This document shows, one piece after another, positions 1 through 9,133 of a DNA stretch of 64,000 nt (positions are counted from its first letter, which is position 1; the number at the start of each line of letters is the position of its first letter). The position numbers were made by a program, and so were the translations under genes. Below the pieces are notes generated by a model that worked only from the letters and a program-made list of their open reading frames with translations, had not been told where the DNA came from and searched no databases. The DNA lies in IMG/VR virus record IMGVR_UViG_3300045243_000021, positions 1-64,000 of that record, one strand, 5' to 3'. This stretch comes from a virus.

Positions 1-155
1 CAGCTACGTCGTCCTTTGTCAGCGATGCGAGCAGAAAGCTATAGCGGAATGGAACGCCAGCGTGGCGCACCTGAAGCACAAGAACAGGCAACGGGTTCGC
101 GCGGCGCTGTCAAAAGGTAGGTCGATCCCCCGCTGACGCAGGGGTCGCTGGTGGG

Positions 156-380
156 CTAACGGGGCTCGTCCAAGTGGCGGCTCTGCTCTCGAATCGCCTT
201 GGCAAAGTCTCTTTCGATAACGTGACGGGCGGCGTCTGAAATGTACTCAGCAAGAACGAGGTCACGGAGATTGGCAACGACGCGGGCTTTCTTCAAAAGC
301 TGCCTGTCGAATCGCGTCATTTCGTCGTCACGCTTTGGCTTACGAGCCATGTCGGTTTCGTGTTCGGCTATTGCGCTCAT
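156..380 (-). CDS. ribbon-helix-helix-like DNA-binding protein, candidate repressor
   Basis: Small basic protein (TRFDRQLLKKARVVANLRDLVLAEYISDAAR), GGAG RBS before ATG 380, divergent from the early operon. Confidence 0.55.
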   Translation of the reverse strand: MSAIAEHETDMARKPKRDDEMTRFDRQLLKKARVVANLRDLVLAEYISDAARHVIERDFAKAIREQSRHLDEPR

Positions 381-404
381 GATTCTCCGGGACAACGATT
401 GGAA

Positions 405-506
405 CTAGACACCGTAACGTCTGCAAAGGGATTCTAAACGATTCCCTGAAAGTGTCAACAAATAGCTTGCTAGCGTGCTAGCCAGCTGACTAGAATACCG
501 TAACGT
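405..506. promoter_or_regulatory. back-to-back sigma70-like promoters with candidate operators
   Basis: Minus strand TTGACA(458-453)-N16-TAGAAT(436-431); plus strand TTGCTA(467-472)-N18-TAGAAT(491-496); ACCGTAACGT at 411-420 and 497-506; GCTAGC at 469 and 477. Confidence 0.6.
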
Positions 507-556
507 GCCCCCGGCTTTCTGGCCGTGCGGCTGGGCCGGGGGCAGGAGACAACGCA

Positions 557-811
557 ATGAGCAGCGTTCTGGTAGTAAGCGGCGGTGGCAGAAACTGTGC
601 CGAGTGCGGTGAGCCTGCGTGCTTGTCGCTGCTGGTAACGTCGAAAACGACTGAAGCTGGTTACTACCTTTGCGAGACTCACCTGGACGAACTGCGGGAT
701 GACTTGCAGTACGCCAAAGAGACTATTCGTGAGATACGTGCCCGCGGTCTTGCTCGGCTGGCGGGCAGAGCGTTAGCAATCGCTACACGCCGGACGAAGA
801 GAAGCTTGTGA
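557..811 (+). CDS. hypothetical protein, possible Zn finger
   Basis: AGGAG RBS; CAEC and CETH motifs. Confidence 0.5.
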   Translation: MSSVLVVSGGGRNCAECGEPACLSLLVTSKTTEAGYYLCETHLDELRDDLQYAKETIREIRARGLARLAGRALAIATRRTKRSL

Positions 812-1119
812 GTTAATTTCTTTTTGCGAGCCGCTTGAATCTTACCGGCTCGCGTTTGCCCGCTCCGCTCGTTGCGGGGCGGCGAATACAAGAGAGCGGA
901 ACTCCCCCGCTAACCCCGAGGGGAAAAAAGGCTGACTGACCTGGAGCTACACTTGTGGCCGCGCGGAAGCAAGTGGGGACTAGGCCGGGAAGGTGCTCAA
1001 GTATCGGGGAATGAACAAGCCCTTTCGTTCCGCTCTCTCTCATACGCCATGCACGCTCTCCGTCAGGGGCGAGACGGCAACCAAGGGCGTGCGTGGCGGT
1101 TCTTTGGAAGGGAAAACAG

Positions 1120-1374
1120 ATGGCCGAAGTTGTTGACGAAATGCCCGAGTTGAACCATGCGGGAAGAAAACAAAAATATCCAAACGAGTGGTTTGATGGT
1201 CGCGTTTGGAAACTGACGGCCGGAGTCGATTTCGAGGCTGCAAGGGCTATGAACGTGGAACACTATCTTCGTGCTAGAGCGCGTTCGATGGGTAAGAGAA
1301 TGTCCGCCAAGCGAGATGGTTCGTGTCTCTTTATTCAGGCGCACAATAGGGAAAAGCAAGCAGAAAAGGACTAG
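1120..1374 (+). CDS. hypothetical phage protein
   Basis: ORF with purine-rich RBS, co-oriented with the early operon. Confidence 0.5.
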   Translation: MAEVVDEMPELNHAGRKQKYPNEWFDGRVWKLTAGVDFEAARAMNVEHYLRARARSMGKRMSAKRDGSCLFIQAHNREKQAEKD

Positions 1375-1377
1375 GCC

Positions 1378-1533
1378 ATGCCGCTCCCACTCGCTGACCT
1401 GTTCGACGTGACGCCGGATGAGCCTGAGTCGCATTTCACCGTCGAGCCGGAGTGCCAGGCGGTGCTGGTGGCGTGGGAGGAAGACGACGACGATCCGTTC
1501 GAGGAATGGACTGAGCTGGGAGGCGAGTCATGA
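1378..1533 (+). CDS. small acidic hypothetical protein (51 aa)
   Basis: MPLPLADLFD...EEDDDDPFEEWTELGGES; AGGA RBS; ATGA overlap with the next gene; not in the ORF track. Confidence 0.5.
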   Translation: MPLPLADLFDVTPDEPESHFTVEPECQAVLVAWEEDDDDPFEEWTELGGES

Positions 1534-2654
1534 AAACCATTCGTTGCTCACGATTGCCGCTAGCGATTGCATGCCCACAAAGCCAAGATTCCGACGGCAT
1601 CGACATTGACGGAGCCGGGGAAGCCGCGGCGCTCGGGACCGCGGTTCACGAGGCACTAGCATCGTCCATCGAAGGCGAGTCGCCCAACGTCGCCATGATA
1701 GCTGCGAAACACGGCGTCGATTCCACGGAGTTATTCAAGCTCTACTCCTGGGGCATGAAGGCGTGGGCTCAAATAGGCCAGTGGTTCCCGGATCGCGTCA
1801 CCGAGGAGCCGATGGCGGCCGGGATTCTGACGGGCACGTGCGACGTGCTCAGTCCGGGCGACGGCACCGACGCCGAAATCAACATCGCCGACTTCAAGAG
1901 TGGCTGGCTTGATGCCGATTGCACGCACCAGGTCAAGGGCTACGCCTGGCTCGCCTTGCAGCAGGTTCCCGAAGCTCAGTTTGCCTTCGTCTGCGTCGTG
2001 CGCATCCGCGATGGCGTGGTGGACCGCGAACGCTACACGCGGGGTGAGCTGGAGCAGTGGTATCTCTGGATGGCGAAGCGGCTGGCGGAGCGAAGCTACA
2101 ACCCTGGCTCGCACTGTTCCGGCTGTCCGCGGCGGGCGACGTGCCCAGCGATTGACGCCTACCTGGAGCGGGCCGGTAACGCCTTGGTGTTGAACGCCGA
2201 AAGCACGAACCTACTTGACCCGTCCAGCGTCGTGCGGATCTACGCCGCGGCGAAGCAGATGGAGCAGCTAATTGAGATCGTGAAGACGGGCGTCAAAGCC
2301 CGCGTGGCGGCCGCGGGCGGCATGCTGACGACGGACGCGGGCACGCTGGTCATTACCGAGAGCCACCAAAGGAAGCTGGTGCCGATTGAGGCGTTACCGG
2401 TGCTTCGTGGCTACCTGTCGGAAGACGAACTAACTGAGTGCATCGACCTGAAAAAAACGAAGGTGGAAGAGGCGATTAAGGCCAAGGCTCCGCGCGGCCT
2501 AAAGTCCTCGCTCGTCATGGACGCCATGAAGAAGCTGGACGCCGCCGGAGCCATACGAATCCAAACCATCGAGAAATTGGAGAGACGCAATGTCAGAGCC
2601 AGTACAGGGGCAGCTAGTAGTCAGCTCGCAATCGAATCGGCTGGTGTCCCATGA
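1530..2654 (+). CDS. PD-(D/E)XK Cas4-like exonuclease (DUF2800-like)
   Basis: GTAVHE, GTCDV, IADFKSG, QxxGY and HCSGCPRRATCP; upstream of RecT. Confidence 0.75.
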   Translation: MKTIRCSRLPLAIACPQSQDSDGIDIDGAGEAAALGTAVHEALASSIEGESPNVAMIAAKHGVDSTELFKLYSWGMKAWAQIGQWFPDRVTEEPMAAGILTGTCDVLSPGDGTDAEINIADFKSGWLDADCTHQVKGYAWLALQQVPEAQFAFVCVVRIRDGVVDRERYTRGELEQWYLWMAKRLAERSYNPGSHCSGCPRRATCPAIDAYLERAGNALVLNAESTNLLDPSSVVRIYAAAKQMEQLIEIVKTGVKARVAAAGGMLTTDAGTLVITESHQRKLVPIEALPVLRGYLSEDELTECIDLKKTKVEEAIKAKAPRGLKSSLVMDAMKKLDAAGAIRIQTIEKLERRNVRASTGAASSQLAIESAGVP

Positions 2655-3567
2655 CGAGGGGCCGCTAGCCCATCTCTTCGACACCGCCCGTTTCGAGCAG
2701 CTACAGCGCGTCGCCAATGCCATGGCGTTCTCTACCTTCCTGCCGGCGCACCTGAAGACCGGGACCAAGGAAGAGACCGTCAGCAATTGCCTGCGGGTGT
2801 TGAACCAGGCGTTTCGATGGGGCATGGACCCGTTTGCTGTGGTGGATGAAACGTACGTGGTGCGCGGCAAGCTGGCATACCAAGGCAAGCTGGTGGCGGC
2901 CATCGTCAACGCCAAGGCGAACCTGACGGAGCGGCTAAAGTTCTCCTTCGCTGGCTCCGGCGACAAACGCACTGTTACCGTCTCGGGCACGTTTACCGGA
3001 GAGCAAGAGCCGCGGACGGTGGAAGTGGAACTGGGCAAGGTAAAGACCGACAACCAGATGTGGGCGAAAGACCCCGACCAAAAGCTTTGCTACAACGGCG
3101 CCATCAAGTGGGCGCGGCGGCATTGCCCTGAACTCATCCTCGGCGTCATCACCGAAGACGACCCCATCCCGCAAGCTGACGACCCGCAACCGGCCACGAA
3201 AGAGACGGGGCGGCTTAGTGTCCGGAAGAACGGCCACGCTACCGTAAACCGCATCGCCGGGGCCTTGCCGGCCGAACCGGAGAAACAACCAGAGATTGAA
3301 GCGGAACCGGAAATCGTCCCGGAACTGCCCACCGCTCCTGATGAAAACCTGGACGCCGAAGACTGCCTTAACGACATCACGGGCAAGCTCAAGCTTTGCA
3401 TGAGCGTCCGCGAATTGAAAAAGGCTGGGGAATACATCGTTGAGAGCACCGAACGCCTTGGCGGGCCAGAAAGCCGCTACTACAAGCGTGCGTCGGAAGA
3501 GTTCACCAGGGCCAGCGTAGACTTGAAGGCCATCGGGGTAACGCTACCGGTTAAGGCAAGCAAGTAG
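2590..3567 (+). CDS. RecT/Redbeta-like single-strand annealing protein
   Basis: FLPAHLK...QAFRWGMDPFAV..TYVVRGKLAYQGKLVAA and W..DPDQKLCY...WARRHCPELILGV. Confidence 0.8.
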   Translation: MSEPVQGQLVVSSQSNRLVSHDEGPLAHLFDTARFEQLQRVANAMAFSTFLPAHLKTGTKEETVSNCLRVLNQAFRWGMDPFAVVDETYVVRGKLAYQGKLVAAIVNAKANLTERLKFSFAGSGDKRTVTVSGTFTGEQEPRTVEVELGKVKTDNQMWAKDPDQKLCYNGAIKWARRHCPELILGVITEDDPIPQADDPQPATKETGRLSVRKNGHATVNRIAGALPAEPEKQPEIEAEPEIVPELPTAPDENLDAEDCLNDITGKLKLCMSVRELKKAGEYIVESTERLGGPESRYYKRASEEFTRASVDLKAIGVTLPVKASK

Positions 3568-3658
3568 CACGGGGTGTGCTACGGGGCCGGGCCGGGGGCG
3601 CGTTGCTCCCGGCCTATTCTTGAACCGTTGACATGAACGCAACGCGGGATTTGCAACC

Positions 3659-4627
3659 ATGGAAGATGCGTTGGTTAGAAGGGTAGATGGCGAATTATGC
3701 GTATCGAATATCACGCTAAGCAAGACAGGGGCCTTCATTCCGGCCGATACGACTGAGGATGAATGGGAGCGGGCATGGACGTTTCTACGTCGCGCTGAAG
3801 GATCAGTGATGTGGTGGCTTGGTGACATGCTGGTGGCGGCGGATGACCGCTGGCATGACGCGTATGACAGAGCTAAGAAGGATAGTGGGTTCGCTGATGA
3901 AACTCTTAGAAATGCCGAATGGGTAAGTAGTTCCGTCGATCCTGTTATCCGGATAACGGAATTAAGCTGGCGACATCACCAAGTAGTTGCGCCAATGCCT
4001 GCGCGCCAGCAAAAGAAGTGGCTCGCCAAAGCTTTAAGCGAAGGTTGGTCGGTAGCTGAACTAAAAAAAGCCATTCGCGAGTCATTGCTAGATGAAGCCG
4101 CCGAAGCCAACCCGATCCCTGAAGGCAAATACCGAGTCATCTACGCCGACCCGCCATGGTTCTACAACGACCAACGGACCGGAACTAGCGGGAGTGGTGG
4201 TGCCGCATCGCAATATTTGACCATGGAGACTGAGAAGATCTGCGAGTTGCCAATCAGAGAAAAAGCGCACGATTCGTCAGTCCTGTTTCTCTGGGCCACG
4301 GCACCATGCCTACCTGATGCCTTGCAAGTGATCGAGGCGTGGGGATTCTCCTACAAGGCTCAATTCGTGTGGGACAAGGTCCGCGGCTTCAATGGTCATT
4401 ACAACGACGTTTGCCATGAGCTGCTACTGATAGCCACCAAGGGCTCATGCCTGCCAAAGACTACGCAGCTTCGTAAGAGCGTTATTACCGTCGAGAAGAC
4501 GAAGCACTCCCGGAAGCCAGACGACTTCTACGAATTGATCGAGGAGTTGTACGACGGCCCTTACGCCGAGCTTTTCGCCAGGCGTGAACGAACAGGATGG
4601 ACACCGTGGGGTAATGAGATCAAATAG
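3659..4627 (+). CDS. MT-A70 family N6-adenine methyltransferase with N-terminal extension
   Basis: IYADPPW, LFLWAT, WGFSYK, HSRKP, ELFARR..GW..WGNE. Confidence 0.9.
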   Translation: MEDALVRRVDGELCVSNITLSKTGAFIPADTTEDEWERAWTFLRRAEGSVMWWLGDMLVAADDRWHDAYDRAKKDSGFADETLRNAEWVSSSVDPVIRITELSWRHHQVVAPMPARQQKKWLAKALSEGWSVAELKKAIRESLLDEAAEANPIPEGKYRVIYADPPWFYNDQRTGTSGSGGAASQYLTMETEKICELPIREKAHDSSVLFLWATAPCLPDALQVIEAWGFSYKAQFVWDKVRGFNGHYNDVCHELLLIATKGSCLPKTTQLRKSVITVEKTKHSRKPDDFYELIEELYDGPYAELFARRERTGWTPWGNEIK

Positions 4628-4629
4628 CC

Positions 4630-5175
4630 ATGGCTCAGCAACACGCCGACTACCAGCCGAATTTGGAAGCAGCTAGAGAGTTTGAGGACTACGTTTCCGA
4701 TGTCCTCAACGACCGGTTAGGATTGGTGGTCTACGTCTATCGCAGCCGCCGTTACCAGTCGAGTAAAGGGGAGAGCCGCTGCGGCCTTGAAATCAAATTT
4801 GACAGGAAGTTCAGGGACACAGGAAATCTCTTTATAGAGACGGCTGAGCGATGGAGCGAAGACGTGGCCATGAAGCCGGCCGGGATATACGGGAGCAATT
4901 GGCTCTACGCCATTGGTGACTACACGACATTCTGGGTTTTCGGCACTGCGATACTGAGGTTGCACCAGGAAGCGTGCGAAGCAAAGAAAACAGACACTGC
5001 GGAAGGATTCGTTCTCGCCTTAGACAAAGCCGACAAGTGGTGCCTGCACAAGATAGAAGCTGGTAGCGGCGAGAAGCGCCCGCAAGTCGTGAAGAAGAAG
5101 CCCGAGCAGCCTAAGGCGGCGACCATTGACGTTATGACGCAACCCTATGGCAACGACATGATGATTCCGTTCTAA
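4630..5175 (+). CDS. putative PD-(D/E)XK endonuclease-like protein
   Basis: EFEDYV...GLEIKFDRKFRDTGNLFIE motif; adjacent to the methyltransferase. Confidence 0.5.
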   Translation: MAQQHADYQPNLEAAREFEDYVSDVLNDRLGLVVYVYRSRRYQSSKGESRCGLEIKFDRKFRDTGNLFIETAERWSEDVAMKPAGIYGSNWLYAIGDYTTFWVFGTAILRLHQEACEAKKTDTAEGFVLALDKADKWCLHKIEAGSGEKRPQVVKKKPEQPKAATIDVMTQPYGNDMMIPF

Positions 5176-5236
5176 TTGTCGATCCCACGCCCAACCGATT
5201 TTCCGTTGCCAAGACAGCAGCGTGGAGACATCCGCA

Positions 5237-6208
5237 ATGAAGCGCGGCACCCCAAATCATCCCAAGACTCGCGCCCTAGCGAAACGGCTTGGTATCCCAA
5301 TATATTCGGCGGTAGGCATCTTGGAAATGCTCTGGCATACCACGGCAGTATTTACTCCTCAGGGGAACATCGGCAAGATTTCTGACCAAGAAATTGCCAA
5401 CGAGATTGGATTCCCAGAGGAACGCGCATCGGAGTTAATCGAAGCTTTCTTGTCATGCGGGTGGCTGGACAAAGACCCAACGTATCGACTGATTATTCAT
5501 GACTGGCACGAGCACGCCGACGGGATAGTCCGTCGCATCCTGAGAAACAAAAAACTTGAGTTTCTCGTGTCTTCAGGAAACTCTAAACATGAGTGGGTGT
5601 ATTTCATTTTGGCCAAAAAAAGCAAGGCTATAAAGATCGGCACAACACAACGCCTTGTGTCCCAGCGGTTCAGCGAACTACGATCTAACTCGGCGGAAGA
5701 ACTTGAACTCATAGGTTACATACCCGGAAGCCACGTTGCCGAGGTCAATTTGCACGCCCAATTTAAGCATTTGAAAATAAAATCTGAGTGGTTTAAGGAT
5801 ACTCCTCAACTTAGAGCAACTATTAAGGCTCTAATTTCTTTACATGGTACTACAGAAGAAGTTACGGAAAGCAGCTTTTCCGGTTCTCTGGCATCGGCCG
5901 GCGAGTCTGTCGAGGTCTTGCCTTCCAAGCCAAGCCAAGCCATAGCCAAGCCAAGCCGTAGCCGTGGCGCTGCTGCTTTGGTTTTCCTGAACGGTGACGA
6001 GGAGAAAATCAGGTGGGCGGCTCACGTTCTTTGGGCAAAAGGAAAATTCGAGTTACCGGAAGACGCATTTGTCGCTGATGTTCTCAAACGACCAGCGCGG
6101 TATCACTTCAAACTTCAACCTGACGGTCATTGGCTTCCACCGGAAGACGGCATTGACTTTCAGGAACTCGTGCGCAGTTTCGGCAAAATTCCGGGGGGTG
6201 AAAAGTGA
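5237..6208 (+). CDS. replication initiator-like protein with internal GIY-YIG (T5orf172-type) domain
   Basis: N-terminal HPKT..LA..LGI...AVGILEMLW...IHDWHEH; internal VYFI..IKIG.T..R..L..E..LH.QF....IKSEWF. Confidence 0.65.
   Translation: MKRGTPNHPKTRALAKRLGIPIYSAVGILEMLWHTTAVFTPQGNIGKISDQEIANEIGFPEERASELIEAFLSCGWLDKDPTYRLIIHDWHEHADGIVRRILRNKKLEFLVSSGNSKHEWVYFILAKKSKAIKIGTTQRLVSQRFSELRSNSAEELELIGYIPGSHVAEVNLHAQFKHLKIKSEWFKDTPQLRATIKALISLHGTTEEVTESSFSGSLASAGESVEVLPSKPSQAIAKPSRSRGAAALVFLNGDEEKIRWAAHVLWAKGKFELPEDAFVADVLKRPARYHFKLQPDGHWLPPEDGIDFQELVRSFGKIPGGEK
5925..5967 (+). repeat. CCAAG/CCRTAG tandem microrepeat, candidate origin iterons
   Basis: ccaag ccaag ccaag ccatag ccaag ccaag ccgtag ccgtgg inside the initiator gene. 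Confidence 0.5.
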
Positions 6209-6540
6209 TTCCAGTCTGGTACGTCGAATGGTCTGCTCGCCACGCTTCGCGGTTCAATCTGCGGTCAAAAGCAAACGCCCAGGCGGTAGCTGAGTGGTTC
6301 AGTCATTTCGCGAATATGGCGGCCACGCCGGAAGAATTGGAAGCGACCTCGGTCGAGCTGATGCCGAGCCCACCGGCCAAAATCACGGACCACTTGCCGG
6401 CGCTACGGCGGTTGATTTACGCGGCTCGGGCCAAAGCCGTGACCAAAACCGAGCAGTCGAAATACGACCCCGCCGAATGGTCGAAAGCCAAAGCCCTGCT
6501 TCGCGAACACCTCGCGTCACGCAAGAAGGTGAAAACGTAA
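6205..6540 (+). CDS. hypothetical protein (helicase-loader position)
   Basis: GTGA overlap with the initiator. Confidence 0.5.
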   Translation: MIPVWYVEWSARHASRFNLRSKANAQAVAEWFSHFANMAATPEELEATSVELMPSPPAKITDHLPALRRLIYAARAKAVTKTEQSKYDPAEWSKAKALLREHLASRKKVKT

Positions 6541-6749
6541 TGCGCTACAAGCGACCCGGACGCACCGGCTCCTGGACCGACAACGCCATCGCAATGGCGA
6601 AGGTGCTGGAGTACGCGGACAACGGAATCGAGGTCGGCACGATTCTTTGCCCGGTGTGCGGCAAGGATAAACTGGATTTCGCGGTGACTCGGCAACGCGG
6701 TGTCTGGGTTCGGTGTCGGCAAAGCGGGTGCGTGAGGTTTTTGAAATGA
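6540..6749 (+). CDS. small Zn-ribbon protein
   Basis: TAATG coupling; CPVC...CRQSGC. Confidence 0.55.
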   Translation: MRYKRPGRTGSWTDNAIAMAKVLEYADNGIEVGTILCPVCGKDKLDFAVTRQRGVWVRCRQSGCVRFLK

Positions 6750-7231
6750 TGATTCTCGCCATCGACCCAGGCCCAAAGAAAAGCGCTTGGATGCTCGTCA
6801 GCGTCGAACTCGGCAAGCCAATCGACATCATCGAGAAGCGTATCGAAATCAACGAAGCCGTCCTCAACGAGTGCTTCCCGCGGTTCGGAAGCAACCATCA
6901 CCTGGCAATCGAAATGGTCGAGTCGTTTGGCATGGCGGTTGGTAAGGAAGTTTTTGAGACGGTGTTCTGGATCGGTCGATTCGTCCAGCACTGGGGTGGG
7001 CACAACTTTACGCGGATTTACCGTAAGGAATGTAAGCTGCACTTATGCGGTAACTGCCGTGCGAAAGACCCGAACATTCGCCAAGCTCTTTTAGACAAAA
7101 TCGGGCCACAAGGCACGAAGAAGGCGAAGGGGCCGACGTACGGCGTAAGCAAGGATCTGTGGAGTGCGTTGGCGGTGTGCGTCACTTACGTGGAGACGAA
7201 GCTAGGCGCACCGTGTTCAACACCAAGCTAG
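6746..7231 (+). CDS. RuvC-like Holliday junction resolvase
   Basis: ILAIDPG, LAIEM, KDLWSALAV (RNase H-fold acidic motifs). Confidence 0.7.
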   Translation: MMILAIDPGPKKSAWMLVSVELGKPIDIIEKRIEINEAVLNECFPRFGSNHHLAIEMVESFGMAVGKEVFETVFWIGRFVQHWGGHNFTRIYRKECKLHLCGNCRAKDPNIRQALLDKIGPQGTKKAKGPTYGVSKDLWSALAVCVTYVETKLGAPCSTPS

Positions 7232-7269
7232 CCGCCCTCGGTCGAACGGTGACGAAGGGAGCAAACTAA

Positions 7270-8055
7270 ATGACAATGGTTTTGACAGAACGTCTTGAGG
7301 CAGTGAAGGCCAAGCCACTTAGCTACGGCTCGCACGAGTCCTTTGAGGACGGCGCGTGCATCATGGAGGCGGTGGGGTACGTCGCCGGTGAGCCTTGGAG
7401 CGACCACCCCAAATGCGCCTGTCCGGTTATCTCGGCATTCCTGCGGTCGTGGAACGATGGCTTGCCAGACGACGAGAGCCGGACGCTGCTGCTGTCGCCG
7501 TTCATTCCGCGATTGGTTGGCACCAAGGCTACGTCTGAGATTGAGGCCAGGCGGTCGTTCATGGCCTTGGATTGGTTGATTCGGGTGCATACGCCTGCGT
7601 GGTTGGACCTGCGACCGGAATTAGCTTCCCACGCATCGGCGTTGCGTGCACTGCCGGAAATCGTGGACATGGACTCGGCTATTAAGGCGGGCGAAGTGGT
7701 GCGAACCGCTAGGGCCGCCGCTAGGGCCGCCGCTAGGGACGCCGCTAGGGCCGCCGCTTGGGCCGCCGCTTGGGCCGCCGCTTGGGCCGCCGCTTGGGCC
7801 GCCGCTTGGGCCGCCGCTTGGGCCGCCGCTAGGGACGCCGCTGGGGCCGCCGCTTGGGCCGCCGCTAGGGCCGCCGCTTGGGCCGCCGCTAGGGACGCCG
7901 CTGGGGCCGCCGCTGGGGACGCCGCTGGGGACGCCGCTTGGGACGCCGCTAGGGACGCCGCTTGGGACGTTCTTAAGCCAACCGTCGCCACGCTTCAGGC
8001 GTCGGCAGTGAAGTTGGTTGACCGGATGATAGGGGCGGTGACGAAGGGGGGATGA
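7270..8055 (+). CDS. phage hypothetical protein with AAWA/AARD repeats
   Basis: ACIMEAV...WSDHPKCACPVI...WNDGLPD head followed by a low-complexity repeat. Confidence 0.7.
   Translation: MTMVLTERLEAVKAKPLSYGSHESFEDGACIMEAVGYVAGEPWSDHPKCACPVISAFLRSWNDGLPDDESRTLLLSPFIPRLVGTKATSEIEARRSFMALDWLIRVHTPAWLDLRPELASHASALRALPEIVDMDSAIKAGEVVRTARAAARAAARDAARAAAWAAAWAAAWAAAWAAAWAAAWAAARDAAGAAAWAAARAAAWAAARDAAGAAAGDAAGDAAWDAARDAAWDVLKPTVATLQASAVKLVDRMIGAVTKGG
7705..7968 (+). repeat. about 22 x 12-bp tandem repeat GCCGCT(A/T/G)GGG(C/A)C
   Basis: Directly visible; encodes AA(R/W/G)(A/D). Confidence 0.95.
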
Positions 8056-8768
8056 CGATGGACGCAACAGTAGCCAGGCTCGAATGGTTGGAACGGGCGT
8101 TATTCAAGCGGCTCGATAGGCTCATGGAGAGCGATCCTGTCCACGACGACTGCACTGAGTTGATCCTGGAGCAGATAGCGTTTGTGCAAATGTGTCTGAT
8201 GGGTTTGAAAGGCCAAGCCGCCGTGTCCTACGGTGAAGGGGGGATGACGAGAATGGGCGTATCAACTGACGCAATCGTGTTTTGGGGTTACTGCTGGTCG
8301 GAGGAGACGGAGCTATTCGACTTCAGGGCAGAATTTGGCGACAGAGATATCGAATGGCCCGAAGCGATTCTGCGTCGGCGCGGCAAGAGCAATCCATGGG
8401 ATAACGCCCCGGCAGACCTGGACCGCTACTTGCCAGGCGAGCGCTATGAGCAGAAGGAAGCTCGCGTCAAGGCGTGGACCGATGCCAACCGGGCCGCGTT
8501 GGACGAATGGTACAAGGCTGGCCGCGACATTGAAGAGGAGTTCGGCATTGAGCTGCGATTCCACTGTTCTGACGAATGCAGCATGCCATACCTGACGCTA
8601 GCGACGGCGAGGCATTTGTCGCATCGCGGCTACCCGCAAGAGTTGGACCCCGCTGCGTTGGTGCCTGCGCCGGATTGGGCGGCAAAGCTCGACCGCTTCC
8701 TTGCTGAGTTTGGCATTGAGAAGCCGCACGAGCAACCGCGTTGGTGGCTTGTGAGCTATTGGGGTTAG
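8052..8768 (+). CDS. hypothetical protein, possibly two modules fused (second start near 8244-8253)
   Basis: ORF track; internal duplicated RBS GAAGGGGGGATG. Confidence 0.55.
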   Translation: MTMDATVARLEWLERALFKRLDRLMESDPVHDDCTELILEQIAFVQMCLMGLKGQAAVSYGEGGMTRMGVSTDAIVFWGYCWSEETELFDFRAEFGDRDIEWPEAILRRRGKSNPWDNAPADLDRYLPGERYEQKEARVKAWTDANRAALDEWYKAGRDIEEEFGIELRFHCSDECSMPYLTLATARHLSHRGYPQELDPAALVPAPDWAAKLDRFLAEFGIEKPHEQPRWWLVSYWG

Positions 8769-8833
8769 CCCGCCATGGGATATTAAACGAGTTTGGCCGG
8801 TGCCGTTCGGGCGGGAGATGGGTGGGAGGCTGA

Positions 8834-9133
8834 GTGGGCAAAGGAACGTGGGTTGCGGGAGGCCAAGCCGTGAAGCTGAAACGGTGGACGATTCTGGATG
8901 TTGACGAAGGGCTAGGCGCGAAGTGGAGGCCAGACCCTAACGGCGAGCATATGTACGCCTCGGACGTGATTCCCATTCTCGCGGCGGCGCGGGAGGCGCT
9001 GCGGGAGGCAAGAGTGGTTGTCACCAAATGGACAAGCGCACAAATCTGCAAAGAACCAAACTGCCAAGCCAGGCCATGCGTTACGCTTCGCGACATTGAC
9101 GCCGCCCTGGCCCTGCTGGAGGACGTGGGATGA
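8834..9133 (+). CDS. hypothetical protein
   Basis: GGAGG RBS; coupled to the next ORF. Confidence 0.45.
   Translation: MGKGTWVAGGQAVKLKRWTILDVDEGLGAKWRPDPNGEHMYASDVIPILAAAREALREARVVVTKWTSAQICKEPNCQARPCVTLRDIDAALALLEDVG

Noticed and set aside
1530-2654. Cas4 as evidence of a CRISPR-Cas locus
   Set aside because: No cas1/cas2 or array; RecT context indicates a recombination exonuclease
7705-7968. CRISPR array or DGR variable region
   Set aside because: Contiguous 12-bp units with no spacers; no reverse transcriptase or template repeat seen
7323-8067. Alternative-frame ORFs (PSGG, PPLG and AAQA repeats)
   Set aside because: Shadows of a stop-free GC-rich repeat
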